DNA of 64,000 bases from contig NC_043007.1 of the NCBI RefSeq assembly GCF_006345805.1, forward strand, positions 41,602,001-41,666,000, read 5' to 3'. How positions within the stretch are numbered: the first letter of the stretch is position 1; the number at the start of each line of letters is the position of its first letter. This DNA comes from Octopus sinensis. Its lineage: Eukaryota. Of this stretch, positions 24,187 to 38,469 are shown piece after piece. Made by a program: the position numbers and the translations under genes. The notes below the pieces were generated by a model. The model did no database searches and was not told where the DNA came from. It was given only the letters and a program-made list of their open reading frames with translations.

Positions 24187-24716
24187 CTTGCGTACTTATT
24201 CAAAAAGGCTTAGTTGGGGTTCTAATTTCATATTGGGAATCAAATATACAATACACAAAGAACTAAATTATATGGAAACACTTATATTGCCTTTTATAGG
24301 TATCAATCTACCAAGCACTTGTGTTTAGACATTTTGGAGTGGTATGACACCAAACAGTCTCTCATATGATTCATTTCATTGTCGATTCCATTTCACTTTT
24401 CTCCCACCATTGTTTGCTTTAAGCAGTCAAGATGTCCAATATCCTGGTATCATTCATCAACATCATTATTTAATATTCATTTTCCCCAGCTTGCATGGGT
24501 CAGATGGAACTTGTAGAGTCAAATTTTCTTCAGCTGGGTGCCCTTTCTGTCACCAGCCCTCACTAGTTTCCAAGTAATATTTCCCCATGACCAGACATGA
24601 AACTGAACATTATTATCTGTATGACTGTGATACCTCTTTACAACCATCACATGGTTCAAGATAAAAGGAACATACAAACACATTCATTATATATAAATAT
24701 ATATATATATATATAT

Positions 24717-24892
24717 TGGTGCTCTGCTAGTGCTGGTGCCACTTAAAAAGCATCCAGTCCACACTGTAAAGTGATTGGCATTTGGAAGGGCATCCAGCTG
24801 TAAAAACCTTGCCATAACAAACACAGATGTATAGTGCAGCTCCTGTCGAACCATCCAACCAATGCCAGCATTCAGGGAGGACATTAAACGAC
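24717..24892 (+). mobile_element. Family D retroposon 3' part
   Basis: ggaagggcatccagctgtaaaaacc ... ccatccaaccaatgccagc ... acattaaacg. Confidence 0.6.
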
Positions 24893-26261
24893 AAAGACAG
24901 ACAGACAATATGTGAGAACTGGGTATGCTCAATATAGAAAATATATAGTAATGCTCAAAAGGATTTAAACTTAAACTCTGAATTCTTCTTTATCTAGAGC
25001 AAGGACCACACCATCAAGAATAGCTTTAAGAAAAATCTAAATCAAGCTGATATGGAGGTAGTAAAGGGAATAAACACAGTGAGGCTTGACATAGATATAT
25101 TTATATGCAGCATAAAATATACAGAATAAAAGTACAGAATAGAATATGAAGAAAATACATAATTTCTTAACTTGACAACTGTTTCAGGAAGCGTAGAGTT
25201 GCATAATAATCTTAATAATCATAATTTGCAGATGAAACATGCAAATAATTATGGTTATGTAACTGGTAATCAGTCACATGAAGATATTGCATTATGTCTG
25301 GCTCCCTTCATCAAGAGGAGATTGGTAAATGCAATTTATACAGTAGGGTTAGCAAATATAAATGGTTAAAGAGGAGAGGAAACAGAACAAGTTCAAGGCT
25401 GAGGGAAAGAGGAGAATGGTTAACTTCTAAAACATGTGGAGAAATGAAGAAGAATAAAACTAGAAAAAGCAGAGACAAGGGGAGAAGATAAATATGAAAC
25501 CAGTGTAGTGCAAGGTAATGTCACAAGTGGTAAAGATAGTGTTAAGCAGACCATAAATCATTTAAGAATATCAACTGACCAAACAAAGAGGCAGGAAATG
25601 ATGAGCATTGAGGTGTAAGAGTAGCAGAGAAGGAAAATATGTTGAAAGAAAGAGAATATGCTACAAGGAGAGGGATAATTGATACTTGGATAAATAGAAA
25701 AGAGATTCAGCAACAAGTAGGAGAAACTATGAAAACTTTACAGAGAACAACTGTAGAATAAAATTCATGTTTACATGAGAAGATTACATCAGAAAACCTA
25801 TCGAGTAATGTGGTATTATAATGGCATAGAATAGCAAGCAATTCTCTGTAACAAATTGCAAACACAATGGTTAGCATTGTATGGGGTACTCTTACAAACT
25901 ATGGACAGGACAAGGTAAAGGGAATGTCCAGGGAGTGACTGGTTACATACCCATAACTTTCTGCACATTTCATCTGTAAATTATACTTATAACAATTATG
26001 TAGATCTGGGCGTTCTAAAACAGTTGCTGAGTTAAGAAATTACATATTTTGTTCTATTTCTTATTCTGTACAGTTAGTGCTCCATGTAAATATATTCATA
26101 TGAAGCCAGTGTTTGTATCCATTACTATATATATATATATATATATATAGATAGAGAGAGAGAGAGAGAGTAAGGGGGAGATAGAGAGTGAGAGAGAAAG
26201 GGGAGAAAGAGAGATACATCAATTGAGCTTCTTTCAGTTTCCATGAACTAAATCTGATCAG

Positions 26262-27985
26262 GCCCACACCCAGGCCAGGTTCCTTAACTACCCTGACTAT
26301 GATATAGCGCATCAGATGGAGGTTGTCATGGATGCTCCGGCCTGGCATGGTGCACGTGTGTGCCTTGTCAACCAGTTTCTTGATGACAAGCGCCAACATC
26401 TTGGCTAACACCTTGGCCAAAATTTTCAAGTTTGCGTTGAGCAGAGTGATGGGCCTAAAGTTTACTATGTTCCCTTTGTTTGGATCTTTCTTCAGCAGTG
26501 TTACAGCTCTTCTGCTTACAAAACTGAGGATGTTCCCATTTTGCTGCCAGTTGCAGTACAGTGCTGCCAAGATGTCTCCAAACAATTCTGGCATACAACT
26601 GTAAAGCTGATAGAGTAGACCATCCAAACCCGGTGATTTGTGCCTCGAGCATTCGGCCATTACGTCCTGCACTTCTGCCGTCGTGATGGCACCTTCACAC
26701 CACCCTGCCTCTCTTGTCAAGAGTCGTGGCAGGCTGTGTAGGTAGGTACTGAAGTCCACCATGTTTGCTCACCCACTACTCATCCTGAACAGTCAGGCAA
26801 AATGCTGTTAAAAGGCCTCACACATTTTACTTAGTTCGAGTAATTCGTGCCCCAGTTCATCTACCAGAGACCAAATGATGGCTTTGTTGTGCCTCTGCTA
26901 CCCAGGCCTCTCATGCAGCTCCAATATCTTCATTCCTTAGAGCACGCATCCTAGCTCTGACAACACACCCTTCGTGTTTGGCATTGAAGTGTTGGTCGAG
27001 GGCCAATCTCACCACCAAAACGTCAGATACAATGCCACTTCTAATTGCTTCTTCTAGCTTCTTAACTAGGTCACCCTCTACTCTGTTTCTACCTATGGCT
27101 AGTGTTTTGCAATACCTAATCGCTTCTGCTTTTATTGCTCTCTTGAGTGCAAACCACCATTTGTTGTTGATGATGGCTTCTGTCAAAGCCCTCTTTACTA
27201 ACATTCTAATCCAGTCTCTAAAAACCTTTCTCAATGGGAAAGATGCATTTAGTTTCCAGTACCCGGGACCCTGCCTATGTGTCTTACCTAAGTCTAGCGT
27301 ACATGTCACAAGTTTATGATCTGTGTAGCTATGTGGAATTGTGGACACCCTACGCTATCTCTATCTATTGTCCTACACAGTATCCTATCTAGATATGATC
27401 TCAATGACCTGATGCGGTTGCTCCATGTCCACATTGGCGCATTCAGGTGGTCGAGTTGGTACTTGTCAGACAGTTGAAAGCGTCTGAGCAGGTCTCTGAG
27501 GCATTTGTATCCCTGTCTATTCCTATGTCTACCCACGTAGTCTACATGTGTGTTCAAGGTAGCATTCCAATCCCTCATTAAAAGTAAGGGATGAGATGTT
27601 CCTAGGAATACTTCTTGACGTTGAAAGAAATCCAGTTGACCTGTTAAAGATGGTGCATTGACTGATACGGGTCAAAAAGCGTACTCATTGCGGTCATCAA
27701 CATTTCGGACGACCAGTCTACTCTCCAGGTCTACAAATATTGTCTTTCCTTCGAGATCCAGACTCTTGCGAATAAGTACCGTGGTGCCACTACCACTGAT
27801 TCTGGGCAGACAGGGAGAAAAATAAATGTTAAACTGTCCGCCAAACATGGACTTTAGGGCCTGCGGATTATGGAGTCTGGTCTCACTTATGGCTATGATT
27901 TCTAACTTGTGTGACTTTATGTCATTTAAGAAGTACCCTTGTTTCCCTGGTACCAGTCAATATCCATAGGATGACAGCTGTTTCA
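26262..27985 (-). mobile_element. Tx1/L1-clade LINE ORF2 fragment (AP endonuclease plus start of reverse transcriptase), degenerate
   Basis: Reads IAISETRL, DWNATL, YLDRIL, TDHKLV, GPGYWKLNAS, KSPGLDGL, NFRPITLLNANLKILAKVLA, PGRSIHDNLHLMR; stops and frameshifts; 3' part missing. Confidence 0.9.
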
Positions 27986-29337
27986 CAGCCAACATCAGGC
28001 AAAAATAAATTATAACTGCATTCATCTGTAAACTGAATAATAGTACTATGCAATTTATAGCATACAGACTAGTGCAGACATGTTAAAATTTATTATACAC
28101 TAAAATAAATGTTTGCATAATGTTGGCTGTGAAATGGCTGTCACCCTATAGATATCAACTGATGAAATAAATATATTTCATACCTCCTAACATTTTTTTA
28201 TGTTCTTTATATTATTTACACAATTTATTATTTAGTCTCATGATAGGAAATTCGTGTTAAACAGTTTTGTGTTAAAAACATTAAAAAGGTAGAAAGATAA
28301 TTTAACATTCATCAGACATGGCTGATAACAAGAGTACAGCTTAGCTTCTTTAGCAATGGAGGTCTGAAAATAGTACATCCAATTTACAGGTTTCAGAGAT
28401 GCTGGAAAAAAATTAAACCAGAATGACGGTACATGTATATAAGAAGAAAATAACATTTTATGTTGAAGATACTTAAAAAAAAAAAAGTAAGAACCAATTC
28501 TTACTGTTAGGATGGAACTGACCACTTAGCCAAAATATGTGATCATGAGTACAATAGGAGAATATCTCGCTTTTAGGGTTCAGTAGCATTTCTAGGTGGA
28601 ACAAATACTTCATGATAATCCTTTTCTCTGCCAAACAAAATAGCACCTCATCCTACTGTTGCCATTTGCTCTGCACTTTCCAGTAATCTACTTAAATTTT
28701 ATATTGTGCAGTAAAAGAGACTCCACAACTCCATGTTCCTATTCACTTGCCAGCATCTTTACAGGGTGAGTAACATAAGTGAGAGAGTAAATGATAATGA
28801 TAAGTAGAATGTGGAACAGAGGGCTGAGTATTAGGGGTGGCTGAGTATTAGGGGTACTTGCGGTGCTGCCTCAAGGCATGGTCACACTAGGCTGTTGTCA
28901 AAGGACCTCAGAGGTTGGGATGTGAAGGGGAGGGGGGCATTTCTGACTTATATATGTTGTTGCTTGCTGCCAATAAAAAAACTACTATGGGACTCAGTGC
29001 ATGTCTTATAATGCTGAGTGCCTATAATGACCCTAGGAAATCAGTATTCTGAGATAGGTTTGTGTTTTCAAGGCAACATAACTCAGAGGATAGGTTGAAG
29101 ACATAAAATAACATAACCCAGGGAATAGAGCAATGACAGAAACCCAGGATATGTAGGAGAAAAAAATAGGAAAGATTAAAATGAGAGACAAAATGAAACA
29201 GAGTTATGACAGTGAAGGGAGAGGGTGTTGGCACAGGTAGTATCCTGTGTCTTTGAGTAAGTCATTTCATTTCATGTTGCTTCAGTCTACTCAGTTGAAA
29301 TCAATACCATCTGAGTGCTGGCACTGTTTTCTCTCAC

Positions 29338-29391
29338 CTTCTGAGATGTTCTGTTGGGGCAATGGTGGGAGGACTGAGAGGGTGGATATGT
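29338..29391 (-). CDS. Candidate internal micro-exon (54 nt, phase 1 to 1)
   Basis: Acceptor tctatctatttgcaaccag|A, donor AAG|GTGAGA; reads (D)ISTLSVLPPLPQQNISE in frame with the 35228-35269 exon. Confidence 0.5.
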
Positions 29392-29676
29392 CTGGTTGCA
29401 AATAGATAGACACCAAAAACAATTAATGAAAGCAGAGTACACGCTACCATGTCAAACTTCTATACTTCATTGCGAGTATACATACACACACACACACACG
29501 TGTGTGTGTATGTGATGGAAATGGAAGTTTGTATGTACAGTGTTGCAGAGCAGATAATGACAGGCAGGTTGGCAAAATGGAATTTTCCAAAGAGAAAAGG
29601 TAATAATATATATTTCAGACCATACAGCATTTCATACCACAACAGGTCATTAACTAACAAGGTGAAAATACAGAAG

Positions 29677-29677
<1 letters not shown>

Positions 29678-29730
<53 letters not shown>

Positions 29731-29750
29731 GTGTGTGTGTGCGTGCGTGC

Positions 29751-29802
<52 letters not shown>

Positions 29803-29810
29803 GTGCGTGC
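29678..29810. repeat. (TG)n/(TGCG)n microsatellite
   Basis: Direct reading. Confidence 0.95.
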
Positions 29811-30021
29811 AAAAGTCTGCGTCCCTGTTACTTCATGTGAGATTCTTAATGGTAATGTCAGCTGATAGGCAACTGAAAGCTCATTGTAGTAGCAGTAATG
29901 GCACTTGCACTTGTGGAAATTCATCAAAGCCTTCCACAACTTCAGTAGATCTTCTCATTCACAAACATTTATAATTTATAAGTATGTATGTACACACACA
30001 TACACACTTCCTACAGTTTCT

Positions 30022-30252
30022 TATTTCTTTATTGCCCACAAGGGGCTAAACATAGAAAGGACAAACAAGGACAGTCAAAGGGATTAAGTCAATTACATCA
30101 GCCTCAGTGCACAACTGGTACTTAATTTATCGACCCCGAAAGGATGAAAGGCAAAGTCGAGCTCAGCAGAATTTGAACTCAGAATGTAACGGCAGATGAA
30201 ATACCGCTAAGTATTTCACCCGGCGTGCTAACATTTCTGCCAGCTCACCGCC
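30022..30252 (-). mobile_element. SINE family B
   Basis: Aligns with 19478-19708. Confidence 0.85.
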
Positions 30253-31585
30253 AGTTTCTGTCTACCAAATTCACTTACAAGGCATTGGTTGATTGGGAGC
30301 TTTAGTAGAGTGGGACTGAGATATTTGCCATCCATGGGTGGTTTTCCCCACTTCTCAATACATCCCCCTTAAAGCTTCTATTTGTTGAGCCCCAATTTCA
30401 CCTCTTCAGCACCCTTTCCTTAATTATTCACCCCAATCATTCATTCCTGTCACTCATCTCTATCACCCAGTCTCTCTATCACTCATATTTGTCAAACATC
30501 TCCCCTTGATTTACACTTTCCATTCATTGTTCCTCCAGTTCACTGCACCATGCAACCCATCTAGTCAGAAATAAATATGAAATCTTGTAGATCCTTTCAT
30601 CTCCCTTACACTCACCCACTGCCTATATAAAGAAGGATATTACTAAACCTCTGCATACCCTACCACTGATTTCTCTTACCACCCTGTCCATCCTAGCTGA
30701 TTCTTCCTTTCAGATGCATATGTATAAGAAATAGGATCAAATATGTTCATATCAAGTTCACCTGTCATTCTTTGTGTTACCAGCCATCACTCTCTCTTAC
30801 TATTGCCCTTCTCATTTGTCATCCATCACTCAATCTTTCTTTCACCCCAGCAAAACATACAGTTTCCATTACTGCCACTCTTCCATCACTCTATCCTCTC
30901 ACCCAAATTGCTGTTTCTACCATCACACACTTGTTCCTTTCTCTCACTTACCCTGACTCATCTGTGTGTGTGTGTTTCTCTCAATCATTTCTATTCATTT
31001 CGTGGCCAAACTGGCTTAAATGAAGTGACATCATAGGGTCAAGAAGGCTCTTTAGCTTTGTCAATGGCATAAAATCCCTTCTATGATAAGCCTCACAATG
31101 ATAAAATGCACCCAGGTATACTCAAACCTAGAAACCATGCAAATATTGGAATGTATGAGTGAGATACATACTCTGACCTGCTAAGGAGGACAGAGACCAT
31201 TAGGAGGAAGAGATCAAATGAGAATCAGTAAACAATTCACATTTGCTATGGCAATGCATGATCACATACATCTTGAACAACAAATTAGGCAATAAGCTAA
31301 TTGGGCTCATCAGTGTCCTCTCCACCCACACACACATACTATCCATAATGTAGTTTCAATGTGGTGCCCTTCAACCACCACCTATTTGGTCCAATAAAAG
31401 ATAGTTTCCAATGACAATGCTTTGAAGACAGGTGGTTGTGAAGAAGGGCACAACTGTACACATCTAAAATTTTTTTTCTAAGAAGATACAAGGTTTGGGT
31501 TCAAGGATGGCATAAATGCAATACTATGTTGAGTAGTACTATTGTATAGAGTTTCTCTACTAACATGTGCAATTTTAATCACCTA

Positions 31586-32090
31586 TGTCATCATCTTCAT
31601 TATCATTTAACCCTTTCGTTACCAACCCAGCTGAAACCAGCTCTGGCTCTGAGTACAAATGTCTTGTTTTCATAAGTTTTGAATTAAAATCTTTCACCAA
31701 ACCTTAGTCACAATTTATGCTCCTAACACTAGCTTAATGATAACTAAGTTATTTTACTAAATTCTTTGTTTATATTTAAAGTAATTGAGAGAAACACAGA
31801 GCATCTCAAAATAAATACAGTAACGTAAGGGTTAATGTCCATTTTCCATGATGGCATGGGGTTGGACGGTTTGACAGGAGCTGGCCAGCAGACCAATTAA
31901 TTGTCTGTTTTGGCATGGTTTCTACAGCTGGATGCCAACCACTTTACAGAATGTGCTTTTTACATGCTACTGGCACAGGTGCACCTATGTGTCACCAGTA
32001 CAAGTGTATTTTACATGGCACTGGCACAAGTGCACTTTTTGTGGAACAGGCATGAGTGCATTTTGCGTGGTACCACCAAAGCTGACTTTC
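31586..32090 (-). mobile_element. Family D retroposon split at its TTAA by a MITE
   Basis: atcatttaa|MITE|ttaatgtccattttccatgatggcatggg. Confidence 0.65.
31611..31831. mobile_element. piggyBac-type MITE (221 bp) with TTAA TSD
   Basis: TTAA-CCCTTTCGTTAC ... GTAACGTAAGGG-TTAA (12-bp TIR, 1 mismatch). Confidence 0.85.
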
Positions 32091-32364
32091 ACATCCCTTA
32101 TTCATGAGTATGTGTGTGTGGGGGGGGGGTGTAATGTTTTATTGAAACAAATAAAAAAAAATCTCGCAAACTGTTACTCAGTTTCACATAACTGATTATC
32201 AAACAGAAGTTAATTCATGGAACAATTCAATGGTTTATAAATGGTGCAGTGACAATTATTTGTCAATTAAATCAGCAAATAAACATTTAAATCTGATTGA
32301 ACAAGGGGTTATGACATTCAAAAATATAACAGAATCTGTTGACTATTACAATTGATTATTGTCA

Positions 32365-32690
32365 ATATCATCAACTTCATTTAACATCCATTTTACATGT
32401 TGGGATGGGTTAGATGGTTTTACTAGAGTAGGTAAGCCAGAGAACTGCACCAGACACCAATCATCTGTTATGGTTTGGTTTCTATGATTGGATGCCTTTT
32501 CTAATACCAACCATTTTACAGAGTGTACTGGGTTTCTTTTATGTGTCACAGACATTGGTGCTTTTATGAGTCACACGCATGGATGCCTTTATGTGTAACT
32601 GGCTACAACCAGGATTTCACTTAGTTTGATGAGTCTTCTCAAGCACAGCAAATTGCCAGAAGTTTCAGTCACTTGTCACCACTTCCATGC
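32365..32690 (-). mobile_element. Family D retroposon, decayed
   Basis: Aligns with 17081-17435. Confidence 0.6.
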
Positions 32691-33589
32691 GGTTAGACTC
32701 AACAACTGAACATCATATTTCACCACCTTGTCCCACATCTTCCTGGATCTACCTCTTCCTCAAGTCCCTTCCACAAGTAGAGATATAAACAATAAAAACA
32801 AGTAAACTTGAATGAAACTAAATAACATAATTTGCATATACTCTTGGTCATAAAAACAACTGTAGCAAAGAATAAAAAGTTCTAGTTAGAAATTAAGAAT
32901 TTAAAGAAAAACATGAAATATAAAAACAAGAAGAGCATCCAACCATTGAAAATCTGCTACAATAAACTTCATTTGGTTTATGCAAGCATGGAATAGTGAG
33001 CATTAAATGATGATCACACACACACACACAATTATATATATGTTACACAGTAGTCACACATCTTTTATATCTTCAGTAGAACACAAGTTTGAGGTAGAAA
33101 CGAAGAGACATAGTAGTGGATTAAATTAACCCCAATATTTTGACTGGTACTTTATATTTTCAACCCTGCCACCCACCTGCCTGAGAGAATGAAAGACAAA
33201 GTTGACATCTGGGGATTTGAACTTGGAATATAGAAGGGTGTAAATATACACCGCAAAAATTATCTGTTACTTTACCACTTCTGTCACCCAGCATCATGAC
33301 TGAGGCAGTTTGGGAGGTGATACCCCAACCACCATCACCACCACTGAAAGCAAAAGATGCTGTGCATCCATAATGTATATTATTGGAGCATTATTAGATT
33401 TACAACCACAGAGTTGGGTTGGTACCCTACCATAGAGATTAATAGTATAACAGGTGAATATAATAACTTACCGCTTTTCAGATTTGCCATGACGATCAAT
33501 ATAGTAGATTTCATTCATATTTGGTATATATGTTTGTTACTTTTGCAAAAGATATATGGTATATGTAGATATATGTCTATATATATGTA

Positions 33590-34085
33590 TTGAGGTTATA
33601 TATATATGTGAATGTTTATAGTTATGTAAACGAATGCATTGTATATATTATATATATAACTATATGATTGTACATATAAATAAATATATATGTATTTTGA
33701 ATGTCCTTATATTTATATTTATTTATATATACATATGTATGTATTTATAGTTATGTATATAGATACATTATTTATTCATTATATATATAAATCTATATGT
33801 GTGTGCCTATAAGCATTCAAGAATGTATGTGGCTTCAGTGTCTATATACCTCTTAATATATGTATGAAATGTATATATATGTATTGATGTTTATAGTTAT
33901 GTATATGAACACATTGTAGATATTGTATATAAAACTGTATAAGAGTGCCTAAAAATGTATGTATACAGTAATGTGTGCATGTGGGCGTTTGTTGAGTGTC
34001 TACGTGGAAATGGGTTTACATGTAAGTATGTATGAAAAGATGTATGATATATGTGTGTATATGTATGTACATATATATATAGTAT
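33590..34085. repeat. Degenerate (TA)/(TATG)-rich tract
   Basis: Direct reading. Confidence 0.7.
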
Positions 34086-34762
34086 TAAAGAATGGTAGAA
34101 TGACTCCTCAAGGAGAAAAAAAAAGACAGTTTTAGACAGCAAAAATTCTTTAGAATAAAGACATCTTTTACAAGTAAAGAATATATTCCATCTGTTTCAG
34201 AAATATCATTGAAATATTTGCTGTATCAATGAACTTCCAAGAATGCATCCATGGCAATCTATCCAAATATTTCATCGGAAATCTCCAAATCACACACAGG
34301 AAACTGGTAAAAGTTCGACACTAAGTGTTTGATGTCAGTGGTGGTGGTGGTAGTGGTGATGATTTGGTGTGGTGCTATTGTTATTATTATTTGTGGTGTG
34401 GTTGTAGTGATGTGGTGGGGTTAGTAGTGGTGTGGTGGTGTTGTTGTTGATGGTGGTGTGGTGCTCTTGGTGGTGGTGATGGTGGTGGTGAGTTTGTAAT
34501 CCAATAGAAAGCAGTTATTTGTTTTCTTATTCTTTCTGATAAAGAAAGGTTTGCTCAATGCTATTGTTTGCACTCAAATTACTTGACTATCCAAAGTGAG
34601 AGAGAGAGAGTAAGTTAAATTATGTGTGTGAATGTGTGTATGGGTGTAAATGTGTGTATATGGATGTGAGTGCATGTATATGAAAGTGAGTATGTGAAGG
34701 CATGTCTGAGTGTGTGAGCATGAGTGGGTATATATGGGTATGTGAATGTATGTGTCTGTGTT

Positions 34763-34803
<41 letters not shown>

Positions 34804-35227
34804 ATAAGTAAATGCCCACACTTGTGTATGTGTGTATGTGGTTTGCTGGTTTAGTGATCAACTGAAACGAAAACCACAGCAACAACAAATACTTAGATAA
34901 CAACTACAACAATTAACACCACAGTAAAAACTTCCACCACCACTACAACCGTCAAGATCCCCAACAACTACAAAAATAAAGCAAATCTATAATGACAAGA
35001 GTAACAATCACGACAACAGCAACAACGAACCAACAGCAGTACCACCACCACCACCACCACCATAACAACAATGTCCAAAAATGTTGGTGTTGCTTTAGGT
35101 TATCATTAATGGTCAGTAGCAACTTGGTGTGATGGCCATGATTAATCTTCCCCCACCCCACTATTTACCATTCATCCCCTACTGCATTACCCACCATCTG
35201 TCTCCTCTTCCTTGAGGAATTACTCAC

Positions 35228-35269
35228 CTTTCATTTGTGTGGCTGTCTGTGGAGAGTTGGCAGCATAAC
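35228..35269 (-). CDS. Candidate internal micro-exon (42 nt, phase 1 to 1)
   Basis: Donor AAG|GTGAGT, acceptor gtacagcag|G (weak pyrimidine tract); reads (G)YAANSPQTATQMK in frame with the exon at 45977-46029. Confidence 0.5.
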
Positions 35270-36019
35270 CTGCTGTACTACATAATGTAAAAGCATACCA
35301 CATTCTACCAAGTACACATACATGCATAACAAATACATACATATGTACATGCACACTCACTCACACTCACACACACATACACACATACACACAAACACAA
35401 GTAAAGTAAGTACTGACTTGAGTCCTAGGACTCATCGGTCTGGTCACCCAGTTTTCATGGCATATAAGTATAAATGACCAAGATCACAACATTCTCTTTG
35501 AATGGCATTCCAGTCTACCACAGGGTTACTCATTTGAAGCTGAGTAGAGTAGGGCAGTATGAATGAAGTGTTTTGCTCAAGAACACACATACACATACTG
35601 GGGACCAAAACCACAATCTTATGATCATGATTATAATATCCTAACCACTAGGTTTTATGTTTTCCTTCCTTCCTACATTTATACATACATGCAAACATGC
35701 TCCTAATACTGCACATATACCCCACATGCATGCAAAAATACTCAGTTAATGTTGAAATTCCAATGATGGAGCCTTGGATCTAGGTTAGAAACCAGCTCAT
35801 TCTCTGCTGGCAAGAAATCTTGAAATAAACTAAATAACACACACACACACACATATGTATGATGACTGCAACTGGATTTTAAGTAACACTGTGGTTCGAT
35901 TGTTACTCCAAACATGATCAACACAGATGTGGCTTTTCACTTCTTCTTCCTCTGTTTATTTTCCAAGACCATACAACACAACCACATGAAAACCACCGTA
36001 CATTACATTGTATATAAAT

Positions 36020-36330
36020 GGTTATGACAACAACGGTCGCAGTCGATCTGGTCAACAGAACAGCCTGCTTGTGAAAACAACATACAAGTGTCTGAGCACT
36101 CCACTGACACATATACTCTTCATGTAGTTCTCAGAGAGATGCAACATGACACAATGTGGCAAGGCTGACCCTCTGAAATTCAGATACTGCTCATTTTTGC
36201 CAGATGAGTGGACTGGAGCAATGTGAAATAAAGTGTCTTGCTCGAACACACAATACACAGCTGGGAATTGAACTCAAGACCTTACAATCATGAGCCAAAT
36301 GCCCTTAACCACTAGGCCACATGCCTTCAT
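36020..36330 (-). mobile_element. SINE family C1
   Basis: Aligns with 38137-38460. Confidence 0.8.
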
Positions 36331-36709
36331 ACTGTAATGTGTAAATAAAGAATAAAAATTTTGAAAAATGGCAATGTATTGTAGGTTTTAATGATGGTTG
36401 TTTGGCAAACAAAAATGACAAAAAACTGTCTTCATAAAGTATGCAAAGCACATCTTTTTGAAATCTATTGTTTACAGACACAGTATACTAACCTACACTA
36501 AACCACTTCACCCCATACTACACTGCAACACACTAAAATACATCACATGAGGTAATAGCATTTAAAATCTCCCTCAAATCACCCCAAATAAATGGATCTT
36601 GGCAAGAATTTCCAAACATAAATTTTTTTCTAGTTGTTCTATCAACTGCACTACCAGGCTCTTTGAATTAACATGTACATGGCTGAGTATTCCACAGACA
36701 TATGTACCT

Positions 36710-36922
36710 ATTTCTTTACTACCCACAAGGACAAACAAGGGCAGACAAACGGATTAAGTTGATTATATCGACTCCAGTGCGTAACTGGTACTTAATTTAT
36801 CGACCCCGAAAGGATGAAAGGCAAAGTCAACCTCGGCGGAATTTGAACTCAGAACATAACGGCAAACGAAATACCGCTAAGCACTTCGCCTAGTGTGCTA
36901 ACGTTTCTGCCAGCTCGCCACC
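36710..36922 (-). mobile_element. SINE family B, young copy
   Basis: CpG-rich; aligns with 19478-19708. Confidence 0.85.
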
Positions 36923-37189
36923 TTTCCATAGACATATGTACCTATAACATAATACTCAGGCAAAGATAACATGAGAAAGTTTGAAATAAGATTGAACTTT
37001 TGAACTACATGTACAATCCATCCAGCGAACTTCTCTATAGTTTCTGTTTACCAAAATTCACTGACAAGTTTGGAGTCAATTTGGAGCTACTGTAAAAGGC
37101 ACTTGACCAAGAGGCCACAGTGGGAGTGAGCCCAAGACCTTGTGATTGAATGGCTAAGAAGCTAACATGTGTCTAGATACAGCATGTTA

Positions 37190-37393
37190 TCTTCTTGACC
37201 AGTGCTGGTGCCATGAAAAAAGCACCCAATACATTCTGTGAAATGGTTGGTGCTAGAAAGAGCATCCGACTGTTGAAACCATGCCAAGGCAGACACTGGA
37301 ACTCAGCACAACCCACTGGTTCATCAGTACATGTTGAATTGCCCAACCCATACCAGCATGCAAAGGAGACATTAAGTGATGATAATGATGATG

Positions 37394-37395
<2 letters not shown>
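37190..37395 (+). mobile_element. Family D retroposon 3' part
   Basis: Ends ...cccaacccataccagcatgc...acattaagtgatgataatgatgatgat. Confidence 0.55.
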
Positions 37396-37447
<52 letters not shown>

Positions 37448-38136
37448 TACAGGTACAGCCTAACAGGAATTCACACAGTTTTTGCCTACCAAATTTCATT
37501 CACAAGTCTTGTGTTGATATGAGGGTCTGTGGTAGAAGATACTCGTCCAAGGTGTCAAGTAGTGTGATTAAACAAACCCAAGACCTTACGATTGAAAAAT
37601 GAATTTGTTAACCTTTCAGCCAAGTCTGTTTCTACATTAAACCACTACAGAATCGCCTACACACTATACCTTTTACGTCATTATTCTACACATTACATCA
37701 TGCCACAACACAGTACAGTGCTTCATATACTACACTCTATGACACCCATACTTCATCCCAGTGCCATACTGCACTATTATCCATACTATGAAAGAACCTC
37801 CAATACCAGACCTGCAAGAAATAGAAACTAAGTCACCCTCAAATTATAAATTAGGAAAGAGACAATAAATAATGTAGGCCTAATAAACTATATCTGGAAA
37901 AAATAATTGGAATTGTCATAGATGGGACTACTTTTTTATGTAGGTTTGATTAATCAAATATAATTTGGGACTAAACAAAAATAACAACACACCTTTTCTC
38001 ACATTATACAGAAACCACTCAAAGTTAATAGCCTGGAAATTAAAAAAAGCTATATAACTAGGGTGTAACTCAGTAATCTTGATGATGCCCAGAATTTGAC
38101 CTGGTTATGACAAATAAGCAATGTATATACTGAACT

Positions 38137-38460
38137 GGCACTTCGTTAGTTATAATGACAAGGGTTCCAGTTGATCCGATTAATGGAACAGCCTGCTTGT
38201 GAAATTAATGTACAAGTGGCTGAGTACTCCACAGACACATGTACCCTTAACATAGTTCTCAGGGAGGTTCAGCGTGACACAGAGTGTGACAAAGCTAGCC
38301 CTTTGAAATACAGGTACTACTCACTTTTGCCAGCTGAGTGGACTGGAGCAATGGGAAATAAAGTGTCTTGTTCAAGGATGCAATGCATTGCCAGGAATTG
38401 AACTCATGATCTTGCAATCATGAGCTGAATACCCTAACCGCTAAGCCACATACCTTCACA
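38137..38460 (-). mobile_element. SINE family C1
   Basis: Aligns with 7886-8206. Confidence 0.85.
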
Positions 38461-38469
38461 ATAAGTAAT

